Positions 39,613 to 52,692 are shown, counted from the first letter of the stretch. The stretch: DNA of 64,000 nt from Eledone cirrhosa (GCA_964016885.1 OZ024760.1:1178001-1242000); one strand, 5' to 3'. Numbers and translations are program-made. Notes: generated from the letters alone by a model not told the origin.

Positions 39613-40126
39613 GACGGTAGCCACGGAATAGGCAGACCTAGAAAAACATGGGATGAGCTGATAAACTCCGACCTCACACACTTACACCTCTCCAAGACAA
39701 TGTCACTGGACCGTGACCTTTGGCGGTACTCAGTAACAGAGAAGACCCGCCTTGCCAGTAGGCATCTCTAACAAACTACACCCCGTCCCGCCACCACCCC
39801 CACCCCATCCGCACCACCCCATTCTATGTAAAGTTATGTTGGTGCCGCGCCATCCAGGCCGAAACAAATGAGATCGTGTAGGTGTCACGACAAAAAAACA
39901 CACAGTCCACGCTGTAATGTGGCCGTGTAGGCAACACGGTAAAAACCTCCCAGACCCACACTGTAAATGTGGTTGGTGTTAGGAAGGGCATCCAACTGTA
40001 GAAAACCTGCCAGACAGTCCTATGCGAGCAAGACAATCACTCTTGCCTCAAGTGGGACTACCCCCGTCCAAACCCATGCAAGCGTGGAACACGGACGTTA
40101 AACGTTGATGATGATGATGATGATGA
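39613..40126 (+). mobile_element. 3' end of a second RTE-type LINE (ORF tail, 3' UTR, (GAT)n)
   Basis: Translates [21 protein letters not shown]...DRDLWRYSV...* (GRP.KTW...DR..WR motif) and is contiguous with the UTR found at 9076, 10662 and 49582. Confidence 0.85.
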
Positions 40127-40188
40127 TATATATCAAGTAAATATGTTTTGAAACAGTGAGCAGGTTTGAAATTAGAAAATAGAATAGC

Positions 40189-40368
40189 TTTCACCGTATT
40201 TTTGACTAAAGGAATTTTAGCCTGATAATGGGGTTTAGAACCCTCAGATAAATGGAAAAAGATGAGTATTGACTCCCATATACGTCAATACTCATCTTTT
40301 TCCATTTATCTGACGGTTCTAAACCCCGTTATCAGGCTAAAATTCCTTTAGTCAAAAATATGGTGAAA
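40189..40368. repeat. Fold-back palindrome, 85-bp arms and 10-nt loop
   Basis: TTTCACCGTATTTTTGACTAAAGG... / ...CCTTTAGTCAAAAATATGGTGAAA, with three mismatches seen. Confidence 0.92.
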
Positions 40369-40659
40369 TATATATATATGTATGTATATATATATGTGTA
40401 TGTATGTATGTATATATATATGTGTATGTATATATATATGTGTATGTATATATATATGTGTATGTATGTATATATATATGTGTATATATATGCATATATA
40501 TGAATATATATATATGTGTGTGTGTATATATATATATGTGTGTGTGTGTATGCATATGCGTGTGTATGTATATATATATATATATAAATGTGTGTGTATG
40601 CATATATGTGTGTGTGTGTATGTATGTATGTATATATATATATGTGTGTGTATGCATAT

Positions 40660-40693
<34 letters not shown>

Positions 40694-40761
40694 ATATATA
40701 TATATATATGTGTATGCATATATGTGTGTGTATATATATGTATATATATATATGTGTGTGA

Positions 40762-40807
<46 letters not shown>

Positions 40808-41205
40808 TTGATTGGGATGGATGGCCTTTTGAGTAGTTTCTGACGGTTAGACATAAAAGACGAAATAGGATATGGAAACAAGCATTTCTTTTCGTTAGGT
40901 TTTTTTTTTCCTCATCATTCGTTCGTTCGTTAACTTTCTCTAGTTTAAAATTCGTGGCTCAAGCAATTCATCTGGTCATGTAAAAATGTGTGTATATGTC
41001 TGTGTGTCTGTCTGTGTGTCTAGGTGTGTGTGTGTGTGTCTGTGTACGTCTGTCTGTAGCTTGACTTTATACTTTTACATTCTAATGCTTTAATTTGGGT
41101 CGAAGATCTGTAGGTGTTTACTTTCCACCGCAAGGCTGCTAAATCGTCTGTTTTCTGAAAACACACGCTAGTAAGCTTACTCTTCATTTCTCGTTTTATC
41201 TCCCA

Positions 41206-41237
<32 letters not shown>

Positions 41238-41241
<4 letters not shown>

Positions 41242-41344
41242 CCAGTAAGACCCCGACGGCTGAGCTCAAGCCGTTTCGACGGCTAATTCTGAGAATTAGC
41301 CGTCGAAACGGCTTGAGCTCAGCCGTCGGAGTCTTACTGGTTCC
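41238..41344. repeat. Fold-back palindrome, 53-bp arms and 1-nt centre
   Basis: GGAACCAGTAAGACCCCGACGGC...AATTCT-g-AGAATT...GCCGTCGGAGTCTTACTGGTTCC. A diverged relative lies at 41931-42030. Confidence 0.92.
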
Positions 41345-41535
41345 TATTACCCACTCTACTACCCTAAGTATTGAGTACTTTGGTGCGTTATGGTCCACCT
41401 GGTTCCTTACCACATTTCCTTCGTTATATATATATATATAGTAATAATAATAAATTTGAAGTCTAAAATCCAAAGAGGGCTCGATAAGGATAAATATATA
41501 TCAAATATATAAGAACCGTAGAGCAAATATTTATT

Positions 41536-41662
41536 AAAATAACAGATTAAAGTTTAAGCAAAGAATCGCTGCTTTCACCCTTAACGGGATCTTCTGAAAC
41601 TCAGAAGATCCCGTTAAGGGTGAAAGCAGCGATTCTTTGCTTAAACTTTAATCTGTTATTTT
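41536..41662. repeat. Perfect fold-back palindrome, family C (62-bp arms, 3-nt loop)
   Basis: ...GGGATCTTCTGA-aac-TCAGAAGATCCC... The left arm continues to 41443 as the family C body. Confidence 0.93.
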
Positions 41663-41709
<47 letters not shown>

Positions 41710-42025
41710 ATAGCGGTCTCGTTTGCCTGAAAAATGGGGTGGGAATGGGGGGGGAGATACTTATCCGATTGTTCCTCGAGCTGATCGGCAGTGAAACATT
41801 TGTAATATGTAATTAAATATGTATATGATGCAATACTGATTCTTTGTTCCCACATATATATATATATAACAAAGAAGGTGTGGTAAGAAACCAGGTGGAC
41901 CATAACGCACCAGAGTTCTCGAGTGGGTAATAGGAAAAGAGTCAGGACCCCGACGGCTGAGCTCTGGCCGTTCGGATTTAACTGTCGAAACGGTCGAAGC
42001 TCAGCTGTCGGGGTCTTCACTCTTT

Positions 42026-42095
<70 letters not shown>

Positions 42096-42322
42096 GGAAA
42101 TCAGTAAAATCGAATCTCTGGCGGTTTGCAAGTAAATTCGGCCTATTTATATGAAGTGATGGGTTAGCAAAGCACTCGATAAGATAGGTCTCAGGGTTAT
42201 AACATACGTTTAAATAGCTTGACAAATCGAACATTGTGGTAGGCTAAACCAACACACAATACACACCAAAGCAACGAAAAAAATTAATCGGGTTGAGAAA
42301 ATATATATATATATATTTTCAC

Positions 42323-42527
42323 CGACATCCAGAGTTGACATTGCACTCAGTGCTCCTTTGGGAGCCCCTACATGGACACACTTGAAGAGGAAGACCAAGG
42401 TTGACGTATGTTGATGCCTCAAGGTCAGACACTGGTCTGTTGGAGACGCGGGACATGGCAGCGATAATGAGGGACAGAGACCGCTGGAGAGAACTCGTCC
42501 ATGGACCTCGGGAATTTTACCCGCCTT

Positions 42528-42529
<2 letters not shown>
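42323..42529 (+). pseudogene. RTE-group LINE ORF C-terminal fragment
   Basis: Manual translation RHPELTLHSVLLWEPLHGHT*RGRPRLTYVD...DTGL...MRDRDRWRELV...* shows the LLWEP.HG, GRP..TY.D and DR..WR motifs with one internal stop. Confidence 0.8.
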
Positions 42530-42574
<45 letters not shown>

Positions 42575-43520
42575 TGGTGGGTGAAGAAGGAAAGGCATAT
42601 TTAGTAGATCGGGGTCGCCAATCCTTCCAGTCACTCCCTCCCATGTCAGGTGGTCTGTGTCAACATGTGTATTGAAGTCTCCCATCAGGATATATGACTC
42701 TGTCTTAACTACATTTAACGCTGTAGTGACTTCATCAAGGAATGGACCTGTATTCGAACTCCTTGTTAGGTGCAGAAACTTGCACCACCTACAGAGACCT
42801 ATTTTTTAGACTAAGCTTCATGAGGCAAATCCTCCCTCCTAATGGGATCCAGTCCGTAACACATTCTGACAGCTGGGGGCTTGTCAGTATCCCCCCGCCC
42901 CTTGTGTAGTCATTTCTGGCGCCATACCTGAATAGTGGAGTTTCAGTCCTCCATCCAAATCTTCAGTATCAGAGCCACTGACCTTTGTTGAGGAAACCCC
43001 GACTATATCTAGCAGGTAGCATCTAACCGCCTCTACTAGTACCTACTCCTTACCTGTAAGGGTTGTGATGTTCTAGATTCCAATTTTTAAGGTTCTCTCC
43101 GCAGCAAGAAATGGAGACTGTAATATATTTTTAAACAGGATCCTCTACCAAAGGCCTGAACGCGTCCTTTGTTAACCCGCGAAGGATGTTGCAGTATGGT
43201 TCTTTTTTGGTTCCCTCACTATATTTCAGTTGCCATTTCGGTGGTCTTATTCACGCCAGTCACCAATCTGGTACTTTGTCAAACCCGTGAAGACCTTTTA
43301 GAGGTGGCCTTTACTAGCCGTGTCGTAGCTACGTCACTGGGTTGTGAGAGTTTTCTTGGGAGCTACAGGTGTCACCCATTGCTCCATCTCCCCTAGAGCT
43401 GTTCTTCTAGAGAACTGGTCGCAGGTAGCGGATAGTGATACTGCCACCAGATATGATGGCTAGGTGCGATATAAGCGGGAAACTCCAGACGGACAAGCAA
43501 CCCCGATGGAACATCGGTAA
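42575..43520 (-). mobile_element. Decayed 5' portion of an RTE-type LINE (UTR and APE endonuclease)
   Basis: Minus-strand remnants of KIGI.NITTLTGKE, LDIVGVSSTK, WIPLGGRI and ILMGDFNTHV..TWEGVTGRIG, with frameshifts and stops. Confidence 0.8.
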
Positions 43521-43574
43521 ACATATACATATATTCTCTCTCTCTCTCTCTCTCTCTCACACATGTATATGTAC

Positions 43575-43606
<32 letters not shown>

Positions 43607-43636
43607 ATGTAATCTTGAGTTTTTCGAATATTAATA

Positions 43637-43820
43637 ATTCTTTCTACTTTTGGCCAGCAATTATCCCAGTGCATTACTGGTACTTTATTTTATCGACCCC
43701 CGTAAGGATGAAAGGCAAAGTTAACCTCGGCGGGATTTGAACTCAGTATGGCATGGGCTATAACTCTACGCCTCAAAGCATGGTGTCCGACCCTCTACCG
43801 ATACTGCCAATCCACCGCCT
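43637..43820 (-). mobile_element. SINE family A
   Basis: Family core plus the GCCAATCCACCGCC end. Confidence 0.88.
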
Positions 43821-44136
43821 ACATATATATGCCAATCTTGATGCCAACACAAGAGCAAGAATGAAGGGTTCATTCTACTGCCATGGCTATAGAATTGAGG
43901 CTTGTTTGCATAATTGCAAACGAATCGAATGTTATTATTAATATTCGAAAAACTCAGATTACATTTATTGTATTCAGCCATGTAGAGCGAAAATTTTCTT
44001 TTATATATGCTCGCACCAACTGGAGGTATATGATTTTTAAAGCGATGAAATACCAATGAAGGTTGGAAAATCACCGATGAAGGACTATTTTTATCATATG
44101 TAACCCATGTGCAACCACGCAGTATTCATTCTTCTC

Positions 44137-44174
<38 letters not shown>

Positions 44175-44269
44175 TATAAATATATATAAGAAAAATATAT
44201 ATCCAGAGAATATCCAACCGATAAGGTATGATTTTCCTGTGTATGTCTCTATTTATAAAACAAATTTTG

Positions 44270-44332
44270 TATTTTATCTGAAGAAAGCGTACCAAAGTCT
44301 TTTGGTACCCTTGAAATATATATAATAAAATA
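44270..44332 (+). ncRNA. Minimal hammerhead ribozyme, family D
   Basis: UAUUUUAU-CUGAAGA-AAG c GUACCAAA(gucu)UUUGGUAC c CUU-GAAA-UAUAUA-UA/AUAAAAUA. Stem I is a perfect 8 bp and the predicted cut is after 44324. Confidence 0.88.
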
Positions 44333-44811
44333 AATATGGTTTTATAAATATAGTTTCCATATTATTGAATATTTACTCCAGGAAACTGTTGAGTGTTCTA
44401 AATCAGTTATAAACATTTATATTTGTCGCATTTCCAACAAATTAAATACCCGCTTCTACTTATATATATATGTATGTATGTATGTGTGTGTGTGTGTGTG
44501 TGTGTGTGAACAGAAATAAAAACACAATCGGTACAGTATATGGAAGGGATATATTATGTTAACGCTTGATATATATATATATATATATAAATGAAAGGTA
44601 TAGAAAACGTTGTAGCAAAAAGCCAACAGTATTCCATAATATATATAGTTATGTAATAAACAACATAAGGCAATTATTTCATTTACCAGTGGTTTCTTGA
44701 AAGCAAACAAATTTTGCTTTCAATCATCAGAATGAAAAAATCCTGGTGTCTGTAACCTACAGAGAGCACTCCTTTTTCCTGGACCTTTCCGACGGAATTA
44801 CTACATATATA

Positions 44812-47800
44812 TCTATATAGTGTATGTCTCTATATAGTGTATGTCTCTATATAGTGTATGACTCTATATAGTGTATGACTCTATATAGTATATGACTCTA
44901 TATAGTGTATGACTCTATCTAGTGTATGACTCTATAGTGTATGACTCTATATAGTGTATGTCTCTATCTAGTGTATGTATCTATATAGTGTATGTCTCTA
45001 TATAGTGTATGTCTCTATATAGTGTATGTCTCTATATAGTGTATGTCTCTATATAGTGTATGTCTCTATATAGTGTGTCTCTATCTAGTGTATATCTCTA
45101 TATAGTGTATGTCTCTATATAGTGTATGACTTTATATAGTGTATGTCTCTATATAGTGTATGTCTCTATATAGTGTATGTCTCTATATAGTGTATGTCTC
45201 TACATAGTGTATGTCTCTATATAGTGTATGTCTCTATATAGTATATGACTCTATATAGTGTATGACTCTATCTAGTGTATGTATCTATATAGTGTATGTC
45301 TCTATATAGTGTATGTCTCTATATAGTGTATGTCTCTAAAGTGTATGTCTCTATATAGTGTGTCTCTATATAGTGTGTCTCTATCTAGTGTATGACTCTA
45401 TATAGTGTATGTCTCTATAGTGTGTCTCTATCTAGTGTATGACTCTATATAGTGTATGTCTCTATATAGTGTATGTCTCTATATAGTGTATGACTTTATA
45501 TAGTGTATGTCTCTATATAGTGTATGTCTCTATATAGTGGATGTATCTATATAGTGTATGTCTCTATATAGTGTATGACTCTATATAGTGTATGACTCTA
45601 TATAGTGTATGTCTCTATATAGTGTATGACTATATATAGTGTATGACTCTATCTAGTGTATGACTCTATATAGTGTATGTCTCTATAGTGTATGTCTCTA
45701 TATAGTGTGTCTCTATCTAGTGTATGACTCTATATAGTGTATGTCTCTATATAGTGTATGTCTCTATCTAGTGTATGTCTCTATCTAGTGTATGACTCTA
45801 TATAGTGTATGACTCTATATAGTGTATGTCTCTATATAGTGTATGTCTCTATATAGTGTATGTCTCTATCTAGTGTATGTCTCTATATAGTGTATGACTC
45901 TATCTAGTGTATGACTCTATATAGTGTATGTCTCTATATAGTGTATGTCTCTATATAGTGTATGTCTCTATATAGTGTATGACTCTATATAGTGTATGAC
46001 TCTATCTAGTGTATGACTCTATATAGTGTATGTATCTATATAGTGTATGTCTCTATATAGTGTATGACTCTATATAGTGTATGACTCTATATAGTATATG
46101 ACTCTATATAGTGTATGACTCTATCTAGTGTATGACTCTATAGTGTATGACTCTATATAGTGTATGTCTCTATCTAGTGTATGTATCTATATAGTGTATG
46201 TCTCTATATAGTGTATGTCTCTATATAGTGTATGTCTCTATATAGTGTATGACTCTATATAGTGTATGACTCTATATAGTGTATATCTCTATATAGTGTA
46301 TGTCTCTATATAGTGTATGACTTTATATAGTGTATGTCTCTATATAGTGTATGTCTCTATATAGTGTATGTCTCTATATAGTGTATGTCTCTACATAGTG
46401 TATGTCTCTATATAGTGTATGTCTCTATATAGTATATGACTCTATATAGTGTATGACTCTATCTAGTGTATGACTCTATCTAGTGTATGTATCTATATAG
46501 TGTATGTCTCTATATAGTGTATGTCTCTATATAGTGTATGTCTCTATATAGTGTGTCTCTATCTAGTGTATGACTCTATATAGTGTATGTCTCTATAGTG
46601 TATGTCTCTATATAGTGTGTCTCTATCTAGTGTATGACTCTATCTAGTGTATGACTCTATATAGTGTATGTCTCTATATAGTGTATGTCTCTATATAGTG
46701 TATGACTTTATATAGTGTATGTCTCTATATAGTGTATGTCTCTATATAGTGTATGTATCTATATAGTGTATGTCTCTATATAGTGTATGACTCTATATAG
46801 TGTATAACTCTATCTAGTGTATGACTCTATCTAGTGTATGTCTCTATATAGTGTATGTCTCTATATAGTGTATGTCTCTATATAGTGTATGTCTCTATAT
46901 AGTGTGTCTCTATCTAGTGTATGACTCTATATAGTGTATGTCTCTATAGTGTATGTCTCTATATAGTGTGTCTCTATCTAGTGTATGACTCTATCTAGTG
47001 TATGACTCTATATAGTGTATGTCTCTATATAGTGTATGTCTCTATATAGTGTATGACTTTATATAGTGTATGTCTCTATATAGTGTATGTCTCTATATAG
47101 TGTATGTATCTATATAGTGTATGTCTCTATATAGTGTATGACTCTATATAGTGTATGACTCTATATAGTGTATGTCTCTATATAGTGTATGACTCTATAT
47201 AGTGTATGACTCTATCTAGTGTATGACTCTGTATAGTGTATGTCTCTATAGTGTATGTCTCTATATAGTGTGTCTCTATCTAGTGTATGACTCTATATAG
47301 TGTATGTCTCTATATAGTGTATGTCTCTATATAGTGTATGACTCTATCTAGTGTATGACTCTATATAGTGTATGACTCTATATAGTGTATGTCTCTATAT
47401 AGTGTATGTCTCTATCTAGTGTATGTCTCTATCTAGTGTATGACTCTATCTAGTGTATGACTCTATATAGTGTATGACTCTATATAGTGTATGACTCTAT
47501 ATAGTGTATGACTCTATATAGTGTATGTCTCTATATAGTGTATGACTCTATATAGTGTATGAGTCTATATAGTGTATGACTCTATATAGTGTATGTCTCT
47601 ATATAGTGTATGTCTCTATATAGTGTATGTCTCTATCTAGTGTATGTCTCTATATAGTGTATGTCTCTATATAGTGTATGACTCTATCTAGTGTATGACT
47701 CTATATAGTGTATGATTCTATGTGTGTATGTCTCTATATAGTGTATGACTCTATATAGTGTATGTCTCTATATAGTGTATGTCTCTATATAGTGTGTCTC

Positions 47801-48210
47801 TATATAGTGTATGTCTCTATATAGTGTATGACTCTATATAGTGTATGTCTCTATATAGTGTATGACTCTATATAGTGTATGTCTCTATATAGTGTATGTC
47901 TCTATATAGTGTATGACTCTATCTAGTATATGACTCTATCTAGTATATGACTCTATCTAGTATATGACTCTATATAGTGTATGTCTCTATCTAGTGTATG
48001 TCTCTATCTAGTGTATGTCTCTATAGTGTATGTCTCTATATAGTGTATGTCTCTATATAGTATATGACTCTATCTAGTGTATGACTCTATATGTGTATGT
48101 CTCTATATAATGTATGTCTCTATATAGTGTATGTCTCTATATAGTGTATGACTATATATAGTGTATGACTATATATAGTGTATGTCTCTATATAGTGTAT
48201 GACTCTATAT
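44812..48210 (+). repeat. 17-bp satellite array (~200 units) with higher-order structure
   Basis: Unit CTATATAGTGTATG(T/A)CT with CTATCTAG and deletion variants. Rare variants recur at a spacing of ~1.2 kb. Confidence 0.95.
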
Positions 48211-48414
48211 GTGTCTGTCTCTATATATCTCTTTGTGTATGTCTGTATATGTCTCTATATATCTATCTCTGTGTCTGTCTCTATATATCTATATGTGTAT
48301 GTGTCTCTATCTGTATATGTGTGTGTCAGTCTGTCTGTATGTGTCAGTATATATGTGTCTCTATTCTCTCTATATATATCTATATGTATGTCTCTATATA
48401 TCTATGTGTGTCTG

Positions 48415-48445
<31 letters not shown>

Positions 48446-48512
48446 GTGTGTGTCTGTCTCTCTCTATATATATCTATATGTATGTCTCTATATATCTATC
48501 TATATGTGTCTG

Positions 48513-48545
<33 letters not shown>

Positions 48546-48598
48546 CTGTCTCTCTATATATATCTATATGTATGTCTCTATATATCTATCTATATGTG

Positions 48599-48665
<67 letters not shown>

Positions 48666-49744
48666 CTGTCTCTCTCTCTATATATATATATGTGTGTGTG
48701 TCTGTCTCTCTCTATATATATATCTATATGTATGTGTCTGTTTAGCTAGCAAGACTTCAGTTAGTTCAGTTGACAAAGAAAAGCTTGTTTTCATGTTGCT
48801 TTACTAATTACGACATTGGCTTCACCGCAGAATGCTGGCTCAGGACTTTTGTACTGACACACACACACACACACACACACACATACTACACCACTCATCA
48901 CACACACACACACACACCCACTATACCACTCACATCACACACACTACACCAATCACATCACGCACACATACATTCACACACACTAACACATACACACACA
49001 TTCATACACACAAACGCGTACACAAACACGCACACACATATACACTCACACACAAGCACGCAGATATATATTCATACGCACGCACACACATTCATACACA
49101 CTCACGCACGCACACACATTCATACACACTCACGCACGCACACATACAATTTTTCCCGCGAATGAAACAGTTCTAGTCCTGTAGAAGTTATTTCGATATG
49201 AAATATATAATAACAGAACACTGTTTGGTTTGGGTTGGTTTTCGCTTCTCTATCTTTTATATCTCCATAGTTCATTTATCTGGCAATCAATGTTTATCAT
49301 TGATTGACCAACAGTTAAAAATACAGATATAAATATATATAGTCTATCAAAGTTCTTTCGTCACACATCTGCAACATCATCAGTGGTACTATTATGTTTC
49401 CTCCCGTTGTATTGTAATGTCTACACCAGAAAAATGGCGTAGACTTTTATTATCCCCTTCTCTTCTTACTCTGTCTCCCTATGAAGGACTAAATCCCGAA
49501 ACGTTAAGACTCTCTTTCTGCTACATCAAGCATTAAACTAATATATCATCATTGTACTCTAAAGTGGTCATCTAAGAGATCGTAAAAAGGCTCCCAGTCC
49601 ACACTGTAAATGTGGTTGGTGTTAGGAAGGGCATCCGGCCAGAGACACTTCCGTACGAACGAGACACGGTCTCCCGACCATTCCCGCATCAAATGGAACA
49701 AAACCGTCTAACCCATGCTAGCGTGGAAGATGGATGTTAAACGA

Positions 49745-49806
<62 letters not shown>

Positions 49807-50084
49807 TATATATATAGCTGAAAATGAACGAACAAAACGCAGGAGGCAATAGTACACAGTTATATTAGGTTCACGCTTGGTGGAAGTGGAGGAGGTTTCA
49901 ACATTTCGAACAGAAGTCCTTCACCAGGAAAGTTCGAATAGGGGGAGAACAGGAACTCGGAGAGGTAGTAAGGAGGGAAGTTACAACGATATATGTGTGT
50001 GTGTAAGAAAAGGAAGTTGAAAATGCAATGCAATATCTTCTTGAAGTCCCCAATTGCATTTTCAACTTCTTATGCTTATACTGT

Positions 50085-50560
50085 GGGCCCTCCCACACTT
50101 CTGTAGCCCCTCATTACCTATTCAGAATATTGTAGCTCCGCCCATACTGTTATAGAACCTCCTAGATTACCGTAGCCCCTCCCTCCCCCCAAAAAATTAT
50201 TGTAGATCCTCTCAAACTGTTGTAGGGCTTACAACAATCTAAGACGACTAGTGTGGGCGGGGTTACAATAATGTGGTGTGTCGCACAAAAATCTGTGTGA
50301 ACCTACAATATACTAGGAGTACCTACAACAATGTGGAAGGGTTACAAGAGTGTAGGGTGTCTCGCAAAAATCTGGGTGAACTCACAATATTGTAGGAGTA
50401 CCTACAATATTGTAGGAGTACCTACAATATTGTAGGAAGACATACACGTATGTGGGAGGGGTTGCAACAGTGTGGTGTGTCCCTCAAAAATCTGGGTGGA
50501 CCCACAATAGACTAGGAGTACCTTCAATATTGTGGGAGGAGTTACAGCAGTGTGGGATGT
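50085..50560. repeat. Degenerate ~20-bp-period repeat with palindromic core
   Basis: CCTACAATATTGTAGG at 50401 and 50421, surrounded by decayed TACAATA/TTGTAG units in both orientations. Confidence 0.65.
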
Positions 50561-50756
50561 TCCTTAGAAAGTGCATATGCTGACCAAGATACTCTCATGG
50601 AGTGACCAAATGGGGTTTATTTTTCAACATAGTCCCTAGAAAGAAACAATGCAGTAGTATTAATAAGAAGAGTTGAAATTAATGCATGCAAGATTTCACA
50701 ACTCTAGCATCACTCTTTCATAGTCAGCCTCTGAACTTTTCAACCGATCCTAATAT

Positions 50757-51050
50757 ATTGTTTCTACTTTTGGCACAAGGCCAGCAATTTACCCCAGTGC
50801 ATTACTGGTACTTTATTTTACCGACGCTGTAAGGAAGAAAGGCAAAATTAACCTCGGCGGTATTTGAACTCAGACCGTAAAGGGGCGTAACTCTATGCTG
50901 TAAAGCATGGCGTCCGGCCCTCTACTGATTCTGCCAATCCACCACCCCTTTGCTGTCTGTAATAATGGTTTCTTATTTAGGCACAAGGCCAGCAATTTTG
51001 GGGAAGGGGAAAGTCGATTAAATTGACCTCAGTACATTACTGGTATTTAG
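50757..51050 (-). mobile_element. SINE family A (one full and one partial copy)
   Basis: Family core, B box and tail. Further copies lie at 52307-52442(-), 53013-53170(+) and 55921-56057(-). Confidence 0.88.
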
Positions 51051-51336
51051 TCTTAACGGTCACCGATACTGCAAATTCTACTATATTGTGAGGTGTGTTG
51101 TGTTGGAGGCGGGCAAAGTTGTTATTTGTTCATATATTTGAAGTCAGCAGTGAATTAAGTGTAATTTGATAAGACCGGATTAAAGTAAAAACAAATAATA
51201 GTTATTATTAAATATAAAGAAAAATAATAATTATATTTATTGTGAAAATTTATAATTATAAATATTTAAGTAAGCTAAGCAAGTCAAATAAAGACTAACG
51301 TTTAATTACTTTTTGTATGTATGTATGTGTGTGTGT

Positions 51337-51391
<55 letters not shown>

Positions 51392-51478
51392 GGAGGTGAG
51401 TTTTATTGTAGTACAATAAAGCAATGCAGATATCGGATAAGAAGCACTCTACAGTTTTGTAGGACTAGAGTATGCATA

Positions 51479-51818
51479 ATATATAAGATCAAAAGATGGT
51501 TAAATGAGTTCCATGTATTTTATTTTGCGCATTTCAAAAACAAATATCATCATGCAATAACATTTGTGTTTTCATCAGATAAAATAGGCGGACATGATAT
51601 GAAGGTTAAAAACACTTGTGCATAGTGCAGTTTTAAATCAACATATCAACATATGTTGATTTAAAACTGCACTATGCACAAGTGTTTTTAACCTTCATAT
51701 CATGTCCTCCTATTTTATCTGATGAAAACACAAATGTTATTGCATGATGATATTTGTTTTTGAAATGCGCAAAATAAAATACATGGAACTCATTTAACCA
51801 TCTTTTGATCTTATATAT
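51479..51818. repeat. Fold-back palindrome, ~168-bp arms and 4-nt loop
   Basis: The arms pair about 51647-51650 with one mismatch seen. TCAACATA is duplicated at the turn. Confidence 0.95.
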
Positions 51819-51878
51819 ATATATATATATATATATACAATATTAAATAAATGGAAACTATATTTATAAAACCATATT

Positions 51879-51944
51879 TATTTCATTATATATATTTCAG
51901 GGATATCATATTAACAATATGCTATGCCTTCCTCAGACAAAATA
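51879..51944 (-). ncRNA. Minimal hammerhead ribozyme, family D (left arm)
   Basis: UAUUUUGU-CUGAGGA-AGG c AUA g CAUAUU(guu)AAUAUG a UAU c CCU-GAAA-UAUAUA-UA/AUGAAAUA. Confidence 0.8.
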
Positions 51945-52084
51945 CAATATAAACAGTTTTATAGATAAATAGATTCGACATACCGTAACAACATCGACTT
52001 GCATTTGAAGAGGTTGATCTTCAAATGCAAGTCGATGTTGTTACGGTATGTCGAATCTATTTATCTATAAAACTGTTTATATTG

Positions 52085-52150
52085 TATTTTGTCTGAGGAA
52101 GCCATAGCATATTGTTAATATGATATCCCTGAAATATATATAATGAAATA
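52085..52150 (+). ncRNA. Minimal hammerhead ribozyme, family D (right arm)
   Basis: Same as the left arm except AGC for AGG in stem II. Core CTGAGGA is at 52093-52099 and GAAA at 52131-52134. Confidence 0.72.
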
Positions 52151-52278
52151 AATATGGTTTTATAAATATAGTTTCCATTTATTTAATATTGTAAATATAC
52201 TCCAAATATTTGTCGAGTGCTTTTATATCAGTTATAAATATTTACTAGTTGTAACCCAACAATTTTAAATATAACTTT

Positions 52279-52312
<34 letters not shown>

Positions 52313-52456
52313 GTTTCTTCTTTTGGCACAAGGCCAGCAATTCACCAGTGCATTACTGGTACTTTATTTTATCGACCCCGTAAGGATGAAAGTTAACCTC
52401 GGCGGGATTTGAACTCAGAATGGCAAGGGCCATAACTCTATGTGTGTATAAGTAAG

Positions 52457-52639
52457 TTTATCCCGGGTTCAATAGGGGGTAACCACAGTAAAGCTACTCA
52501 ATACATAGCAGAGTATAAATATTTAATATATAAATTGCTTCTACAGGACTAGAACTGTTTCATTCGAGAGAAATCATCAGGGATTCCTGATGATGTCTCC
52601 CGAATGAAACAGTTCTAGTCCTGTAGAAGCAATTTATAT
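52457..52639 (-). mobile_element. Family B' short element with terminal fold-back (52528-52639) centred beside a hammerhead-like core
   Basis: CTGATGA-TTTC(tctc)GAAT-GAAA-CAGTTC in the left arm, with a variant in the right arm. Related copies lie at 49152-49188, 61609-61843, 62326-62431 and 63642-63765. Confidence 0.75.
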
Positions 52640-52692
52640 GTAATACAAGGACGAATGGTTACTTGCAAAATGGAGTGTAAGATGAAGTCATG

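Larger units (their letters stand above)
51836..52193. repeat. Fold-back palindrome, 176-bp arms, with a family D hammerhead in each arm
   Basis: The loop is 52012-52017. The right arm runs on to ~52280 as sequence homologous to 44360-44455. Confidence 0.95.

Noticed and set aside
51718-51770. CTGATGA in the arms of the 51479-51818 palindrome as a hammerhead
   Set aside because: No suitably placed GAAA follows a closing stem II, so no ribozyme is called for this hairpin.
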